A DNA stretch of 64,000 bases from Lama guanicoe (lineage: Eukaryota): contig MU054323.1 in the NCBI GenBank assembly GCA_013239625.1, forward strand, positions 7,615,220 through 7,679,219, written 5' to 3'. This document shows, piece by piece, positions 1-13,639 of this stretch. The notes beneath the pieces are model-generated. The model ran no database searches, was not told the origin of the DNA, and saw only the letters and a program-made list of their open reading frames with translations. Every line of letters begins with the position of its first letter. Within the stretch, counting starts at the first letter, position 1. The position numbers and the translations under genes were made by a program.

Positions 1-73
1 GATTTTCCGGAAAGGTAAACAGACCACATGTATAGGAATTAACATTTGGTTTACAGAACCTGTCTTGATATTA

Positions 74-244
<171 letters not shown>

Positions 245-2625
245 TTACTGTTTGTAAACATGAATGAATCCTGCAGGAGTCCTTATACTACCATGTGAAA
301 GTAACAGAAATTTCCCCAAATTCCTCACTCACTTAAGGAAGAACTACCTAAGCTCCATCAGGTGAAATAGAAATACTTGCATACCATTTCATGTAGTTTG
401 CAGCACTCAGCTGAGGTTAACTGCGGCCTTTCCTCTGGGCTTTCCTTGTAGCACCTCCCTCCTGCTCCAAGCATCATATTCAACACAGATTTGTTTTATC
501 AATAACCTTGAGTCTGTTCATTTCTTTTCCACTGGAAAAACAGCTATGTGCTTTCAGTAAACAATGCCACTGGATATTTTATTATTTAAAAGTTCTGTTT
601 ACCCAAGGCAACTTATATTTTAGGCCTTTTAGCTCTAAGTGAATAATGAACAGCTATGCTCTTGCTTAAAGGCATTTGAGGTTCCAGTAAAAAGGTAGGG
701 AGTTATTTCGGAGTTGTCAATTTTATAACTGTTCCAGAAATTGTACCAGTCTAGTGCCCTGGTAATAAGATACTCAATACGCCAAAGACCCAGCTGCTCT
801 GAATATGCCATTTATTTTCCTTTACTAGCAACCACCTCAATCCTTCTCACTCCATCAGCAGAAAAGAGTGAATGTGCTTCATAGGCCATCTTCAAACCTG
901 TGGCTCAGATAGGCTGTTCCTTTTATTCTCTAATACCCAGGACATCAGAGATTACGAGGTAGAAATGGTAGATTTGAAGTTTAAGACCTCCTGCGGATAA
1001 GACAAGGGAAAGGAAAAGTGTGGCTATCACAGTCCTGGGCATAGGAGTGGGAGAAAAGGAATTTGGCTGTCAGAATCCAACCCAGAACTTCTGCTCTTTG
1101 GTTGAGTCTTCTGTGCATGATAGAATGAGGAATAAACAATACTAAACGCTGTTCACCTGTGTACAAAGTTCCTGCTGCTCATAAAATATGATCGCATGAC
1201 TATAGCTATAGCAGTCACTAGTCATATGCAAAAAAGAAAAGTTAACACTGACAACAATCAAGGTTTCACTGTTGATAATAACTACTTTAAAAAGCTGGGA
1301 GACAGGAGGCATAAATCCAAATTATCCTTAAAGAAAGGTACTGGTAACAGGTATGTTTTAAAGAGCTTATGTGATTTTGATTCTTTCAGAAAAAGGGAGT
1401 CTCTCTGCTGAAGGAAATCTTTAAGAAAGATTGAAAGGTCAAAAGTAATCAGCAAGAGATGACCTTCTACACAGAATTTGCCCTAAAAAGAAAAACAGGA
1501 AGGGAAAAATCATCAATTACAATGAAAAATATAGATATTAATTAGCTGGTTAATTAACTCTAATTGTCAGTGATCTAATAAAAAGTCAGCAATGAATAGT
1601 ATCCCTTAAATAGCCCTTCTTAAAAATGTATTTATCTCAAAGGTTCTCACACTTGTTTTCACAAGCTATTCCTTGGTAAAACTTCATATGGCTTTTCAAA
1701 TGTTACTCTGTATTCCATGTGTACTGAAAAACAAACATAATATTTGAAATAAAAATAATACAGTCAGTGATTTTAATAATGGCTGAATACTGGTATCATT
1801 TGGGGGAAATTAAAAAAAAAAAAAAGAACACTGAAGCTCAGGGAAAGTAAAATCATTGAGAGTGGGGTCTGGGAGTCAATACTTTTAAAAATACCACAAT
1901 TGATTATAATGAGCAGTCAGGGTTAAGAAATGCTGATAGCAACTGATGCTACACGCTGGACAAATGCCACTAATCACTCAATTTGTTATGCTTTATAATT
2001 TACCCTCAGTGAATCTGTTAGGTCAGCACTGAAAACATGGCATACATGGCAGATCAGTGAAATTCTTGGTCACAATCTGTATTTATTAAAATGTTCTGAC
2101 TGCCACTGAAATGTACACTTCAAATGGGTGAATTTTACAGTATGTGAAACAGTTCTTAATATAGCAGTTTTTGAAAAAAATGTTCTTAGTGACTCTTTTT
2201 ACTGTTAGTTTGAGACTGGGCAGTAAGAAGTTATCTCACTGCTTTCCAAACCATGATTCACAGCACCATAAAATAACTCTAATTCTATATATTCTGCTTA
2301 TTAAAATTTCAGTTCCTAGGCATTAAGCTAGAATTAATGATCACTCTTTAGGAATAGGGTCTAGAAGTCAGTACTTTATAAGTTTCCCAGGTGACTTTAA
2401 ATCCTTAAGAGAACACGTTGCTGGACTCCATCTGGAGCTAAACCTAGTCACATGCTCTAGATAAAAGTCTAGCAATGTGCTCCACATTGAATAGCTAGTT
2501 CTAGCCTACAAAACATCCTGTCCTTTATCTTCCAAAACTGGGCAAATACCCACTGAGGTGCAGGGGTGCCAACATGCTGTCCAAGTGCATACACATCCTA
2601 GGTGACATGTGAAGCTGACACTTAC

Positions 2626-2722
2626 CTTCTGAAAGTCTTTCCTTCCAGCCTTGTGCTGCTGAAGTGAAGAACTCATTGTTAAGGGCTGAGCCATTTAACT
2701 TCATCAGACCATCTGGACCAAC
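2626..2722 (-). CDS. ASXL2: ASXL2 coding exon (exon 10 equivalent): [32 protein letters not shown](G), containing the DEUBAD NEF motif
   Basis: 97 nt; cccag|GTTGGT ... GAAG|gtaagt; the peptide is visible inside ORF 2525..2821. Confidence 0.97.
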
Positions 2723-2839
2723 CTGGGTCAAAGAATAAGCCACAGAAAGCTTAGACAGAAAGCCAAATGTATCATGTGGAATTTGACTTTCCTGTCTTTT
2801 TAGAAAACAATGTATGTACATTAAATTTTATTAGAAACA

Positions 2840-3800
2840 TGACTATATCATACCATGCTGCTTATTACGGATACTTCTATTTTATAATGTAATATTATTT
2901 CTTTCTAAAATTTTTTTTATTCTTTACCTCTCCTCCCTTCCTTGCCTTTCAATTTCATTCCCCATTGATTAATTATTCTCAAAGAGTCATCTGCAAATAA
3001 ATATACAGGTAAGAGGTTTTTTTCTGAGAGGTTCATTATTTGTTTTATAAAACTGTGACCAAGTTACATACATTATTCTGAAACTTACTTTTTTCTCACA
3101 TAATAACAATGTGGAAGTCTCTCCAAGTCAACTGGCATAGCTTTAACTTCTGTATAATAGCTGTGGACTGTTTTATTGTATAAATGTCCCTCAATTCATT
3201 TACCAGTTTCCTAACCATAATACACTTTGTTTTCAGTGTTTTCCCATAATCAACAAAGCTGCAATAAGCATTCCAGTAAAGATGAATATACTAGGTGCTT
3301 GTATTTCTCTGGGATAGGTTCTGAAAGCAAAGAAATATTTGTGTGTATGTAATTAAAGATTGTTAGATTATTTTCCAAAAAGGCTAAAACAATTCACATT
3401 CCTACTAGAAATATATGAGCATACTCTTTTCCCTGTGACCAAGAGATGTTAACATGCGATTTAATTGTTGGCTATTAATGGGTGTGAGATGATAAAAAAA
3501 ATTTCCTTCATCCCGACTACGAGAGTTTTGTGTATCCTTTTGCATGTTTATTGAATACTCAGATTTGCCTACTGAAATGCCAATTTCATTTGCTCATTTT
3601 TCTTTGAGGCTGCTTATTTTTAACTATCTTGTAAAAATCTTTGCATGTTATACATAGTGAAGTTGTTATATAATTTAAAAATATTTCCCCCAATCTATCT
3701 GTCTACTGACTTGATTTGTGATGTCTTGACAAAAAGTTTTAAGATTCTTCTTTGCACTACAATTTTGGATTGCCTATCTTGGTTTAAAACCATAAGATCT
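2840..3800 (-). mobile_element. Old, degraded L1 (L1ME-like) 3' region
   Basis: T-rich tract with decayed antisense L1 3'-end phrases (aattcacattcctactagaaatatatgagc, tttgctcattttct); boundaries approximate. Confidence 0.55.
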
Positions 3801-3859
3801 TATTTAAGGATCTAAAACACAAGGTCTAAAAAAACTTAGGTGAAAAAACTTACTAAAGT

Positions 3860-4340
3860 TGCTATTCTCCTCAAAGTTAATATCTAGATTCCTACCAGAA
3901 TCCCTATGCAGACTTTTCATTAATAAAATATTAAAGTTCATATGGAAAAAAAATTAATACGGAAAACTGAGAGGGGGGAATTGCCTTTCCAATTATTAAA
4001 CATACTACACAAAGCCACTGCAATGAAAATTATTATTATTAGCATTAGTGAACCAAGAAACTAGTGAAAGAGGAGAGAGTGCCTATAAATACATACTGCA
4101 TATAAATGAAAAGAATGCGTAACAAAGATGGTATTACAAATTGCAAAAAGACAGTTATAAAAATATGTAGTGCTGGAACAACTGGCTATCTAGTCAGTAG
4201 AAAATAAAGCTGAATCACAATTTCAGAGCAATATAAAAATATTCTAGATGGATTAAAAACCTAAGTATAAGTTTTAAGTCACAATTTTTTGAAGAAAATT
4301 TAGGTAACTATTTGGACATCCTAGGGATTCAAGGAATCCC
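3860..4340 (+). mobile_element. Degraded L1 ORF2 fragment
   Basis: aaagttcatatggaaaa, acatactacacaaagc, gtgctggaacaactggctatc and attctagatggattaaaaacctaa resemble the late ORF2 region. Confidence 0.6.
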
Positions 4341-4408
4341 TAAGGACTTCAACTCACTTTACTTTCTAAATCTATCTGGGCCAACATTATTTCCCCCAGG
4401 CTCTAGAG

Positions 4409-4630
4409 CAGAAATTGGTAAACTTTTCCATTAAGGGATGACTACAAATATTTTAGGCTTTGCAGGCCATATGGTCTCTGTTGCAACTACTCAACTCTGC
4501 CATTGTAGCATGAAAGTAGGTATAAGCAATATGCGAACTAATGGGACTCACTGTACGCCAATAAAACTTTATTTACAAAAACAGACAGTGGGCTGAAATT
4601 GGTCTGTGGGCTATAGTTTGCTGACTGCTG
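4409..4630. mobile_element. MER58A-like hAT-Charlie non-autonomous DNA transposon
   Basis: aaatattttaggctttgcaggccatatggtctctgttgcaactactcaactctgccattgtagc ... aataaaactttatttacaaaaacag ... tagtttgctgac, with cag...ctg ends; family recalled from consensus. Confidence 0.8.
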
Positions 4631-6571
4631 ACTTGTACTTATAGATTTGGCAGAGGAGTAACAGGCTTCCCTATGAGAACAGGTCATCCAACCTCTCCTT
4701 GAATATTCCTGTGCTCAGCAAGTTACTTCAAAATGAGTCAATCCATTCTACAATTTAATAGCTCCAATTGTTTAAAAAAAAAGTTATTTTAACCCCAAAT
4801 CGGCTTTTTGGAGAAACAAAGAAGTTTACCTCTTCCATAGACAGAGCTTCAAATAAATCTGAACAGAGGTGTCTTAATCCATGCCTCTCCCTTATTCCCT
4901 TCTCTGGTCTAAATAATGTTTTTCCATTGTTCATTGTTGGGTACATACACTCCAATATTGTTTCATGCTAGTAATAACCAGAATTTTTGATAAACTCCAA
5001 ATTTCATCTGATAATGGAGTAGAATTTCACTAATAAACTCCATACTCCCTATACATAAGGGCAGTATTTCTCAGATACTGTGTTCCCACCATAGGAACTG
5101 AAAAAGACAGGCGAGTAACCTTACAGGACTGCACTCAATGGAAAGCTGGGTAAGCTCCAAGGCCCTTTTTAATTCCAAAATTACACGTGGCAATCCTCCT
5201 TCTAAGAGAGGATGAAGGCCAGTAGTCAAGACAGTTCTGAGAAACTTGCACTAGAGTTCTACGGACAGACCCTCCGTTAGGTCCTGTGTATTATTCCCAA
5301 CCTAAAAACTTGAGTCTTTAAAAGAGGTGTGAGCAATCCCTAGCAAGAAGAGACATTCTCTAAAAATTCTGCCAAAACCTGTCTCCTAACTTGTTTCAAA
5401 CCAAAACTGGGCATCCCCAAAGCTGTAATTTCTCCCGAAGTATGAAGGTGAGGAGAACAGTAACTGGGAAGGATCAGTTTTACTTACTTCTTTGTCCCTA
5501 CTGCTGGTAGGATACTTGACTTCTTTGGACTCCCCAGAAATGGAAGCTGATCTGCTTTTACATGTGCTAATTCACAGCAAAATGAAATTGGTATCAATAC
5601 AGCCCAGTAGAAAGATGATTTTCAGAATGACAAAGATTTAGTTTTGACTGTATAGTCAATTAACTGTAATGATTTGTATAACTTACTTGCACTCCATTAA
5701 TCTTACTATAAACTAGGAAATAGATCTAGTTTTCTCACTGTAAATCAGGGAAAGCAACTCCCTTTCATCTTGTTTTTATAATGACTAGAAAAAAGGAGGA
5801 GAGCCTAACAAATTACTTAGAACACAGTAGGTATTTAGAAATGATCATAATTTAAAAAGTCTCAGAATCGAACAAATCTTACAAAACCATGATGATCTTA
5901 TCTTCCTTTTGCAGAGGAGGAAACAGAAGATCAAAAAGGAGGGGTGACATGCCAGTCACTCTCTCTCTGATGGAAGCCTAAGTCTCGGACCTTTACTTTA
6001 CTTCTGACCAACCTAAACTACTCCAGTCCCTGCCCAAACTCTTCTAAACCTTTCATATTTTGTCAAGCTCCCTTTTTCTTTAATGAGTATAACTTATATT
6101 GGATTTTTAAAGTTATTATTAAAGCAACGAGTGTTTGTTTTAGAAAAATTTAACAAAAGAATAAAAAATAATTAATATTCCTAACCCTTTCAAAAAAATC
6201 CATTCAAAAAACCCTGTTTAATTTCTTAATTAACTGTTAATTTAAAGAATTAAATTAACAAATTAACCTCCTGAACTGTATTCTATGGATGTCTACACCC
6301 TAATACAATAACTAGACAAATTTTATATAATTTTTATAATTTACCATAATCCTGACATTCAGATAAGAGGGTTCTTTCCCTTTATAAAGCCTTACAGGGC
6401 CAACCTATTAAGAACACTTACCAAAAAAATATTATTTCTTGTCTAATATCTTTGATGCCACTTCTTTACAGGTATACATAAAAAGCCACTTTAAAAGTCT
6501 AAGTAGTTCTAAAGGTGATCATTGAAGGAAGCTGCAGCAGAGTTATAAAACTGCTAACGTGCCTGAAGTTA

Positions 6572-6853
<282 letters not shown>

Positions 6854-7779
6854 TCACACTGTGAAGAAGGTAATACCTAATGTTCTTAGAAATTTCTTCC
6901 AAGATGAAACAAAGTAAGTTTTATTCATTCATAAAGGGTAAAATATAATTTATCTTCTCTGCAAAAATGGAATAAGGTCTGTAAAAGTGAACCTTTTGCC
7001 ATACTGAAAGTGCATTTTACTTTTGAGACTCGATAATTTCTCAAATTGAACTGAGGAAGTTTATAATAAATGCCACAAACACAGAATGACTAAAAAATAA
7101 AAAAATTCAAATCTCTCTATAAATCATACTGAGGCCCTTTTTCTCTTCCCATGAGAATTATTTTTATCAATTTTAATTTGCATTAGCTAAAAATGTCATG
7201 ATTGAATAGCTTAGCAGTTACAGGAAATCTATTCACAATTAGGAGGTTTCAGTCTTTCAAAACAATGATGGATTTGAGTATACAAAGGTTAAAATATAAA
7301 TGGAAAAAAAAATTCTAAATAGAAGGCTAATTTGGAAAAATATTTCCAAGCCATGAGAAAAGGTTACTATTCTTGATATTTTATTAAAAGTGCATTTATA
7401 AATCAATATAAAAAAGACAAATATCACCAAGAGAAAAATGAGCAAAAGGAATTAATAGGCAACTCACAGTTGACTAACCATAAACAGATGCTAAGGTATT
7501 AATACTTAAAGAAATGCCAGTTAGACCAATGAAGATCTTTTGGTCTAACAAATGGCAAATATTGCAATACAGTGATGGGACTATGCGGGGAAAAAGCAAA
7601 ACCACTTTCGAATACTGCTGGTGGGGCTGAGATCAGTATAATCTTATTAGAAGAAAACTTAACAATATACAGCAACATTTTAAGGTACATAGGAATCTAG
7701 GACACATAAACTCTACAATTAGGAATACTTGAAAAAAGCTACACAATCCAGGATGTAACGTCTGGCTCCTGCCACAAGC

Positions 7780-9217
7780 AAAAGGAATATCCCTGGATAC
7801 AAAAGTATTTCCCTTAACTGAGGCCCATAGGATTCCTACATTTTAGAATCTAGCACTGCCTAACAAAGATTAGCCCAACAAACCAGAAGGTATGCCACTA
7901 TGACAGGGTCAACAGCAATCAGAAATAAAAGATTTAGACCTAGAAGTACTGCTACCACTGAAAATGTCACATATATAGAATACAAAATAGCTATGTATAA
8001 ACTGATTAAAGAAAAAAAGAATGTAACTGTAAAGATGAGAATAAAATAATCAGTAATGAACACAAAGACTTTGAAAAAAATAAATGGGATTTCTACAAAA
8101 AATAGGATATAAATTGTTGAAATCAGATACTATGAGTGGATTAAAGAGGAGGGAGTTATGGCCAAACAATTTATCCAGAATATAGGAAAGACAGGTAAGA
8201 TAGACTATTTTGAGAGTTTTAGCAGAAACATGAATAACAGAATGAGACGGTCTAATAAGTGCTTGATTGGAGACCCAGAAAGAAAAAAATAAGAGAATGG
8301 AAAAAAAAAAAAGGCAGTATTTAAATAATCTGCAGCAGTACATTTACCAGAACTGATGAAAACCACAAACCTAAAGATCTAGAAGCGTATCATATTCAAA
8401 GCAGGATAAAAAGAAACCCATGCTTAGACACAGCTTAGTAAACTGCCCATGAAAGACCAAGAAATAGCTTGAAAGCATCCATAGGAAGGGAAAGATTTCT
8501 TTAAAAGGAACAAAATAACAGCAAGCTTCTTAACAAAGGAATCCAGAACAAATGGATAACTATAAAATGTTGAGAAAAAATAACCATGAATCTATAATGG
8601 TATATATACTAAATTCTCCTTCAAGGATGAACATGAAACAAGGACATTTACAGAAAGAAAAAAAATTGAGGGTGTTTACTGCCAAGAGACATGCTCTAAA
8701 TTAAGTTCTCAAAAAACTGTACTACAGGAAGGAAAATCACTGCAAAAGGCTGGGGTGGAATATAATGAAGAAAGACAGACATGAAGATGAATCTACATCA
8801 TCACTGTTTGCATAAAACAGTAGTATTCTGGTGCCTGGATTGTGAGATTAAAACAACGAACAGACATGTCAGATACTATTATTTAAGTCCAGACAGAAAA
8901 GATCAGTGCTAAATTGTTATAGAGTACTCCCACTGTTCTGGAGGAAAATCAAGATGGTTACTTTTTGCTAAGTGAATAAATTTTAAAAGTTCTCACCTTG
9001 AGGGAAAAAAAAAATTGTAACTACGTGAGGTGATGAATGTTAACTGTGGTAATCATTTCACACTATATACATATATCATATCACCATGTGCACCTAGAAC
9101 TAGCAGAACAGAAATAGAATGTATAACAAACTCAACAGAGAGAGAAAAGGACAATGAAGGAATTAAAATGGACAAATAGCAAAAAAGTTCAGCCAAGCCT
9201 CCCCAATTTTTTTATTC

Positions 9218-9254
<37 letters not shown>

Positions 9255-9690
9255 AAAAAAAAAAAAGGAAGCAAGAAAAATGAAATCAGGACAAAGATCA
9301 ACAGAAAAAAATAAGACTGTAGAAAAAAAAGTCCAAGTAGATTAATAACTACAATAAATGTAAATGAATAAAAAGCTCACCAAAGAGAGATTTACATATT
9401 GGATTAAAAATAAATAAAATTCAGCCAGCTATATGCTGTGTAAAGAAATATCTAATGTACGTGAACCACAAAAATGAAAAAAAGGAAAAATATACAGGCA
9501 AAAACTAACCATAGGAAAACTGGCGTACCTCTATTAATACCAAACAAAAGATACCTTACGTAAAAAACTTAATCAGTGATTGATAAGGTAAATTAAAAAA
9601 AGGTTCAACCCACTAGGAAGATTTTAAACATGAAAATGTCTAATAATAAAGGATCTTCAAAATATGTGGAATAAAAACTGTTAACTTTGT
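7780..9690 (+). mobile_element. Degraded old L1 (ORF1 to start of ORF2), interrupted by a short L1 3'-end piece (about 8985-9095) and a poly(A) run
   Basis: A-rich tract with ORF1-like phrases (tttaccagaactgatgaaaacc, ccttcaaggatgaa) and endonuclease-like cagctatatgctgtgtaaaga. Confidence 0.6.
9221..9266 (+). repeat. Poly(A) tract of about 46 nt with one T interruption
   Basis: Seen directly. Confidence 0.95.
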
Positions 9691-11240
9691 ACAGATAATT
9701 TACCACCCCAAATAGACTCAAACAAGACTTTTACAAAGGACTTGTCTGAAAATATTAATTCTATTTTCATACTTAATAGTTTAGAAGGGTCTGGACTATA
9801 TAAATGAATACAGAGTAACCTTCTTTCAGAATCTTGCTGGCATTGCTGCACTGTCTTATAGCTTCTACGTTGCTGCTGAGATGCCTGCCATCCCACGTCT
9901 TGAATCTTTACAGGTGAAGTATTTTTTTTCTCTTTGGAGGCTTTTTTGGGTTCTTCTATTATACTGGATGTTTTAAAATTTCAAAAGAGTGTGCCATGGA
10001 ATAGGTTTCTTTATGTTCACATTTCTTTAGGTACTTTTGGTCTGGAATCTGGGGCTTTCAATTCTACAGAATTTTCTTATATTATTTCTGTTATCATTTA
10101 TCTCCCTTTCAATTTCTGTTCTTTCTTTCTGATGGTCCTACTATTTAAGACACTGGACAGCCTAGACTGATGTTTCCAATTTCTTACCTTCTCTTTCCTT
10201 TTGAATCGCTCCTTTGACCTACGTTCTGGGAAATTCCTTCACTTTTAAGTATTTCTATTATAATTTTTTATTTCTGCTATCACATTATTTAATATCATGG
10301 AACTCTTTCTGATTTTTAAAACAGTATTGTTCTTTCATGGATGCAAAACCATCTTTTATTTCTTCCTGTGGAGATCATAGTTTTTAAAGCCATTACTTTA
10401 AAGTTTTCTCATTGAATTGTCTGTTTCTTCTGAGTCTGTATTTCAGATTCTGTCTCTCATGGTGGGAGGTTTTCTTCAAAGGTGATCATTAGTGATCACA
10501 AGTAAAAGAGAAGCACTAAAAAGGCTGACTGGGAATTTTGGGTACATGGGTGTGTCCTAGAGACTGGTCAGTTTCCACAGAAGTGTGATCAAGATGATCT
10601 CTGTTTAGTTGGGAACCTATAAATTTGTCTGAAGATTTTTTTCTGAAGCTATTCAACTTCTTTAGGTACCAATTCCCCATCTTCTACCAGAGCATAGGTG
10701 GGGAGGAGGAACAAAGTAGTGGAGGTAGAAAGAAGTACGCCTTACTGCTAACATTCCGGAGGCCAAGCGAGCCGGAGGATCACTAGCTGTATTTGTATTT
10801 TATTTGATTCCCCTGATTCCGCTCTCTTGCCTCATTATCTGTCCTCAGCGATGTGTGGTATCTCTGAATTTGAAGTCTGTATGGTTTAACTTTACCTCAA
10901 ACTAAACCTCCTGTTTCCTGCTAGGCTGAGGCGCCAAACTGCTTCCTATTAACTTTCAAAGAAGGTTCTTTTCAACCCTATGCCTCACCCTTCTATAGTA
11001 GGACACACGATATCTCCAATTCTTAAAGTTTTCTGATGCTCTTCAGCCTTAGCTGGCATCTGCTCCTCAGCTCTGTGAAAGACCTACCCAGTTGTCATCT
11101 TTCAAAATTTGTTGATATTGCCTGTCCATCTGGTGTCTCCTTGTTTTCTTCACCCTTATGGGTTTAATTTTTTGTATTTCCATATTCTCATTTTAGTAGG
11201 ATTTCAGAGGGAGCAGGAAAAAGGTTTGCCATGTTTAATC
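9690..11240 (-). mobile_element. Degraded old L1 5'/ORF1 region, opposite orientation
   Basis: Abrupt switch to T-rich sequence with antisense L1 ORF1-like phrases (ttgctgctgagatgcctgcc, ttcaattctacagaattttctt); boundaries approximate. Confidence 0.5.
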
Positions 11241-11513
11241 ATAAGCCCTTCTACACCCATCTGTACACAGCTAGAGATAAAATGTAAATAATGCTAGATA
11301 GAGAAATCTCTTGTCAGAAGAGAAATAAACCACAAAATGGCTCATAATAGATCTTATTCTGAATTGAAGTTGGATAAGGGCAGGGTAGGAAGAACATGAA
11401 AATATTCAAGAGCTCAAAGGTGAACAGAAGTAGCAATTAAAGCAAGCAGTTGATGAATTTCAAATGTAGAGCTGACAAAGCATGACAATTCAAGTCTTTG
11501 TAAATTAACTTAC

Positions 11514-11657
11514 GTGTGTGGAGCCTGTCAGACCTCTGGAATGACTTTTTCCCCAGGCCTAGCAAAGGATTTTCTACTTTAACTGAAGAAGAAAAGCTAG
11601 AGTTTGAGTTCTGAGGGCTGCTTGACTGTCCATCAGATTGCTTTCCTTCCCATACTG
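11514..11657 (-). CDS. ASXL2: ASXL2 coding exon (exon 8 equivalent): (A)[47 protein letters not shown](R)
   Basis: 144 nt, phase 1/1; cccctag|CAGTATGG ... CACAC|gtaagt; open frame that matches the recalled ASXL2 linker. Confidence 0.93.
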
Positions 11658-12434
11658 CTAGGGGAAGAAAATATACAAAAGACTGGTGACACCAAGGTCA
11701 TAGATAGAAACTAATCAATCAAACAAATGAACAATTAAATCATTTAACACTAACTAAAAAAAGTTATGCATGACACAATGTGACCCCTCCCCATATAAGT
11801 TTTGAGTCTGAGAATTAAGAGTCAAAAAGTAAAATAAAATCTCGTCCCTTCTCCCAGCACATTATTTGCTTCTAGTGGCAAATTTCCTTCCTATCAAAAA
11901 GGCAAAGTTCTGCAAGACAAAGTTTAAATCTGGCAAACTCATAATCAGCTGGCATCAAAGTGAATTGTGTAATAAAATACAATGTCTACATCTAGACCAG
12001 CTTAGGTTAAAAACAAGCTAGAACAAAAAATCCAAAGGCCTGTGGATATGTCCAATGAAAACTCTAAGGCAGCATGTATTCTTAGGAAAACCTTTTATTT
12101 TTAAAGGAAAGAAGTGGTGGAGAGTTCAGCCTGAGTATCAGCTTTATGAAGTTACTAATTACAGGCTTCCAAATATTATTAAGTTAGATAAAGCGGAAGT
12201 TAGTCATTGATCTCACTCTAATATGCAAATCCCAGTGATGTATTTTTAAACGACTGCAAGATTGCATTGCATAAATTTCCCTGTTTACTCTAGACTTATA
12301 TTGATGATTCAGTGGTACAAGAATTATGTAAATACATACAGTAATTTAAAAACAAATGATACAGTACACAAATTTGGTATATACAAAAATCTGGAAGAAG
12401 AAACCTCCACGGAAAAGACACGTAGTCTGCCTAC

Positions 12435-12576
12435 CAGGTTTGGCAGGTAGAGAGTCACTGGACGCTTTGACAGTCTTCAGAGAGAGGTGCTGGCTGGAGG
12501 GGAGGGACACGCTTGGCCTGCATTGCTGCTGCTGCTGCTGCTGCTGCTGCTTCTTCTGCTGTTGCTGTTTTAGAGC
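12435..12576 (-). CDS. ASXL2: ASXL2 coding exon (exon 7 equivalent): [47 protein letters not shown]
   Basis: 142 nt; tttatag|GCTCTA ... AACCTG|gtaggc; phase 0 to 1. Confidence 0.96.
12523..12550 (-). repeat. Coding (CAG)8 CAA repeat, polyglutamine
   Basis: The plus strand shows a ttg(ctg)8 run inside the 12435-12576 exon. Confidence 0.95.
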
Positions 12577-12899
12577 CTATAAAGAGAAAACTGACTGTAA
12601 GAAACAAAACAAATCAGGTTTTAGTGATAAATAAATGACTTCTTTCTAAGTCATGAGGAGCATGCTGATTATCCAATTTCTTTAAACTCTATCAAAGTAG
12701 ACAAAAACTGAATTAAACCAATTAAACACACGGCATTAACGACCCTTAAGAGTTTGGATATTTTTTGCCAATGTTCTCCTTTATATAAATGTGAAAATTC
12801 TTCATTAACTTTTTTTTAGAACTTAAAAATCACCAGTAAAGCACGGACTTCTCATTCTTGTAGTAGCAGAAAATTAGATCTTTTCAGTCATTCTATCAC

Positions 12900-13570
12900 T
12901 CAGTCTTGTTCCCCAATCCTCAGAGGTAACCACAATCATCAATTAATTTTTCCTTATTGAGCTTTTTTTTACTTACATTATGTGTGTGTATATATATATA
13001 TACATTCATGTTTCTATTAAAACATACTATTGTTTTGTGGGTATCTATGTTTTTATGAATGGTATCACGCCATACATGTTAACACAATTTAATTTCAGTG
13101 ATTCAATATTATAGTGTGGTGATGTTTCCATGTCTATACATACAAAACAACTTCATTACAAAGTAAACTTTTAATCTTGTATAATTATTTAGCATAGGGA
13201 TACACCATTGTTTATTATGAAGTTTCATATATACATATATATGTTATATATATGTATACACACACACGGTTACTTGCAAGTTTTGCTATTACAAACTTTA
13301 ATGCAAACATTTTTCTGTGTGCATATCTGTATATATGAATACATACATTTTTCTAAGATAAGTTCCCAAATATTTAACTGCTCAGTCCTGGGATATGTGC
13401 ATTTAAAATTTTAGTAAATTTTAATGAATATCACAAAATTTCTCTCCAAAATAGCTATAATAATTCATATTCCACCAGCAAACTACGAGTAGGCATTTTC
13501 CCACATACTTGCCAATGCTTGGTATCATAATTAAGCTCTAATTTATATACCAATCTGAAGATAAAAGTAG
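12900..13570 (-). mobile_element. Old L1 (L1ME-like) 3' end
   Basis: cccaatcctcagaggtaaccac, attccaccagcaaact, ttttcccacatacttgccaatgcttggtat. Confidence 0.6.
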
Positions 13571-13639
13571 TCTGCATCCTTAATTATTAGTCAAATTTAA
13601 ATTTATGGGTAATTTGCATATCAACAAAATTGAAAGCTA

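Noticed and set aside
6213..6268. AT-rich quasi-palindrome with repeated ttaa
   Set aside because: Low-complexity sequence expected at this AT content.
12356..12634. Plus-strand ORF with a poly-Cys run
   Set aside because: It is the antisense reading of the ASXL2 CAG repeat exon.
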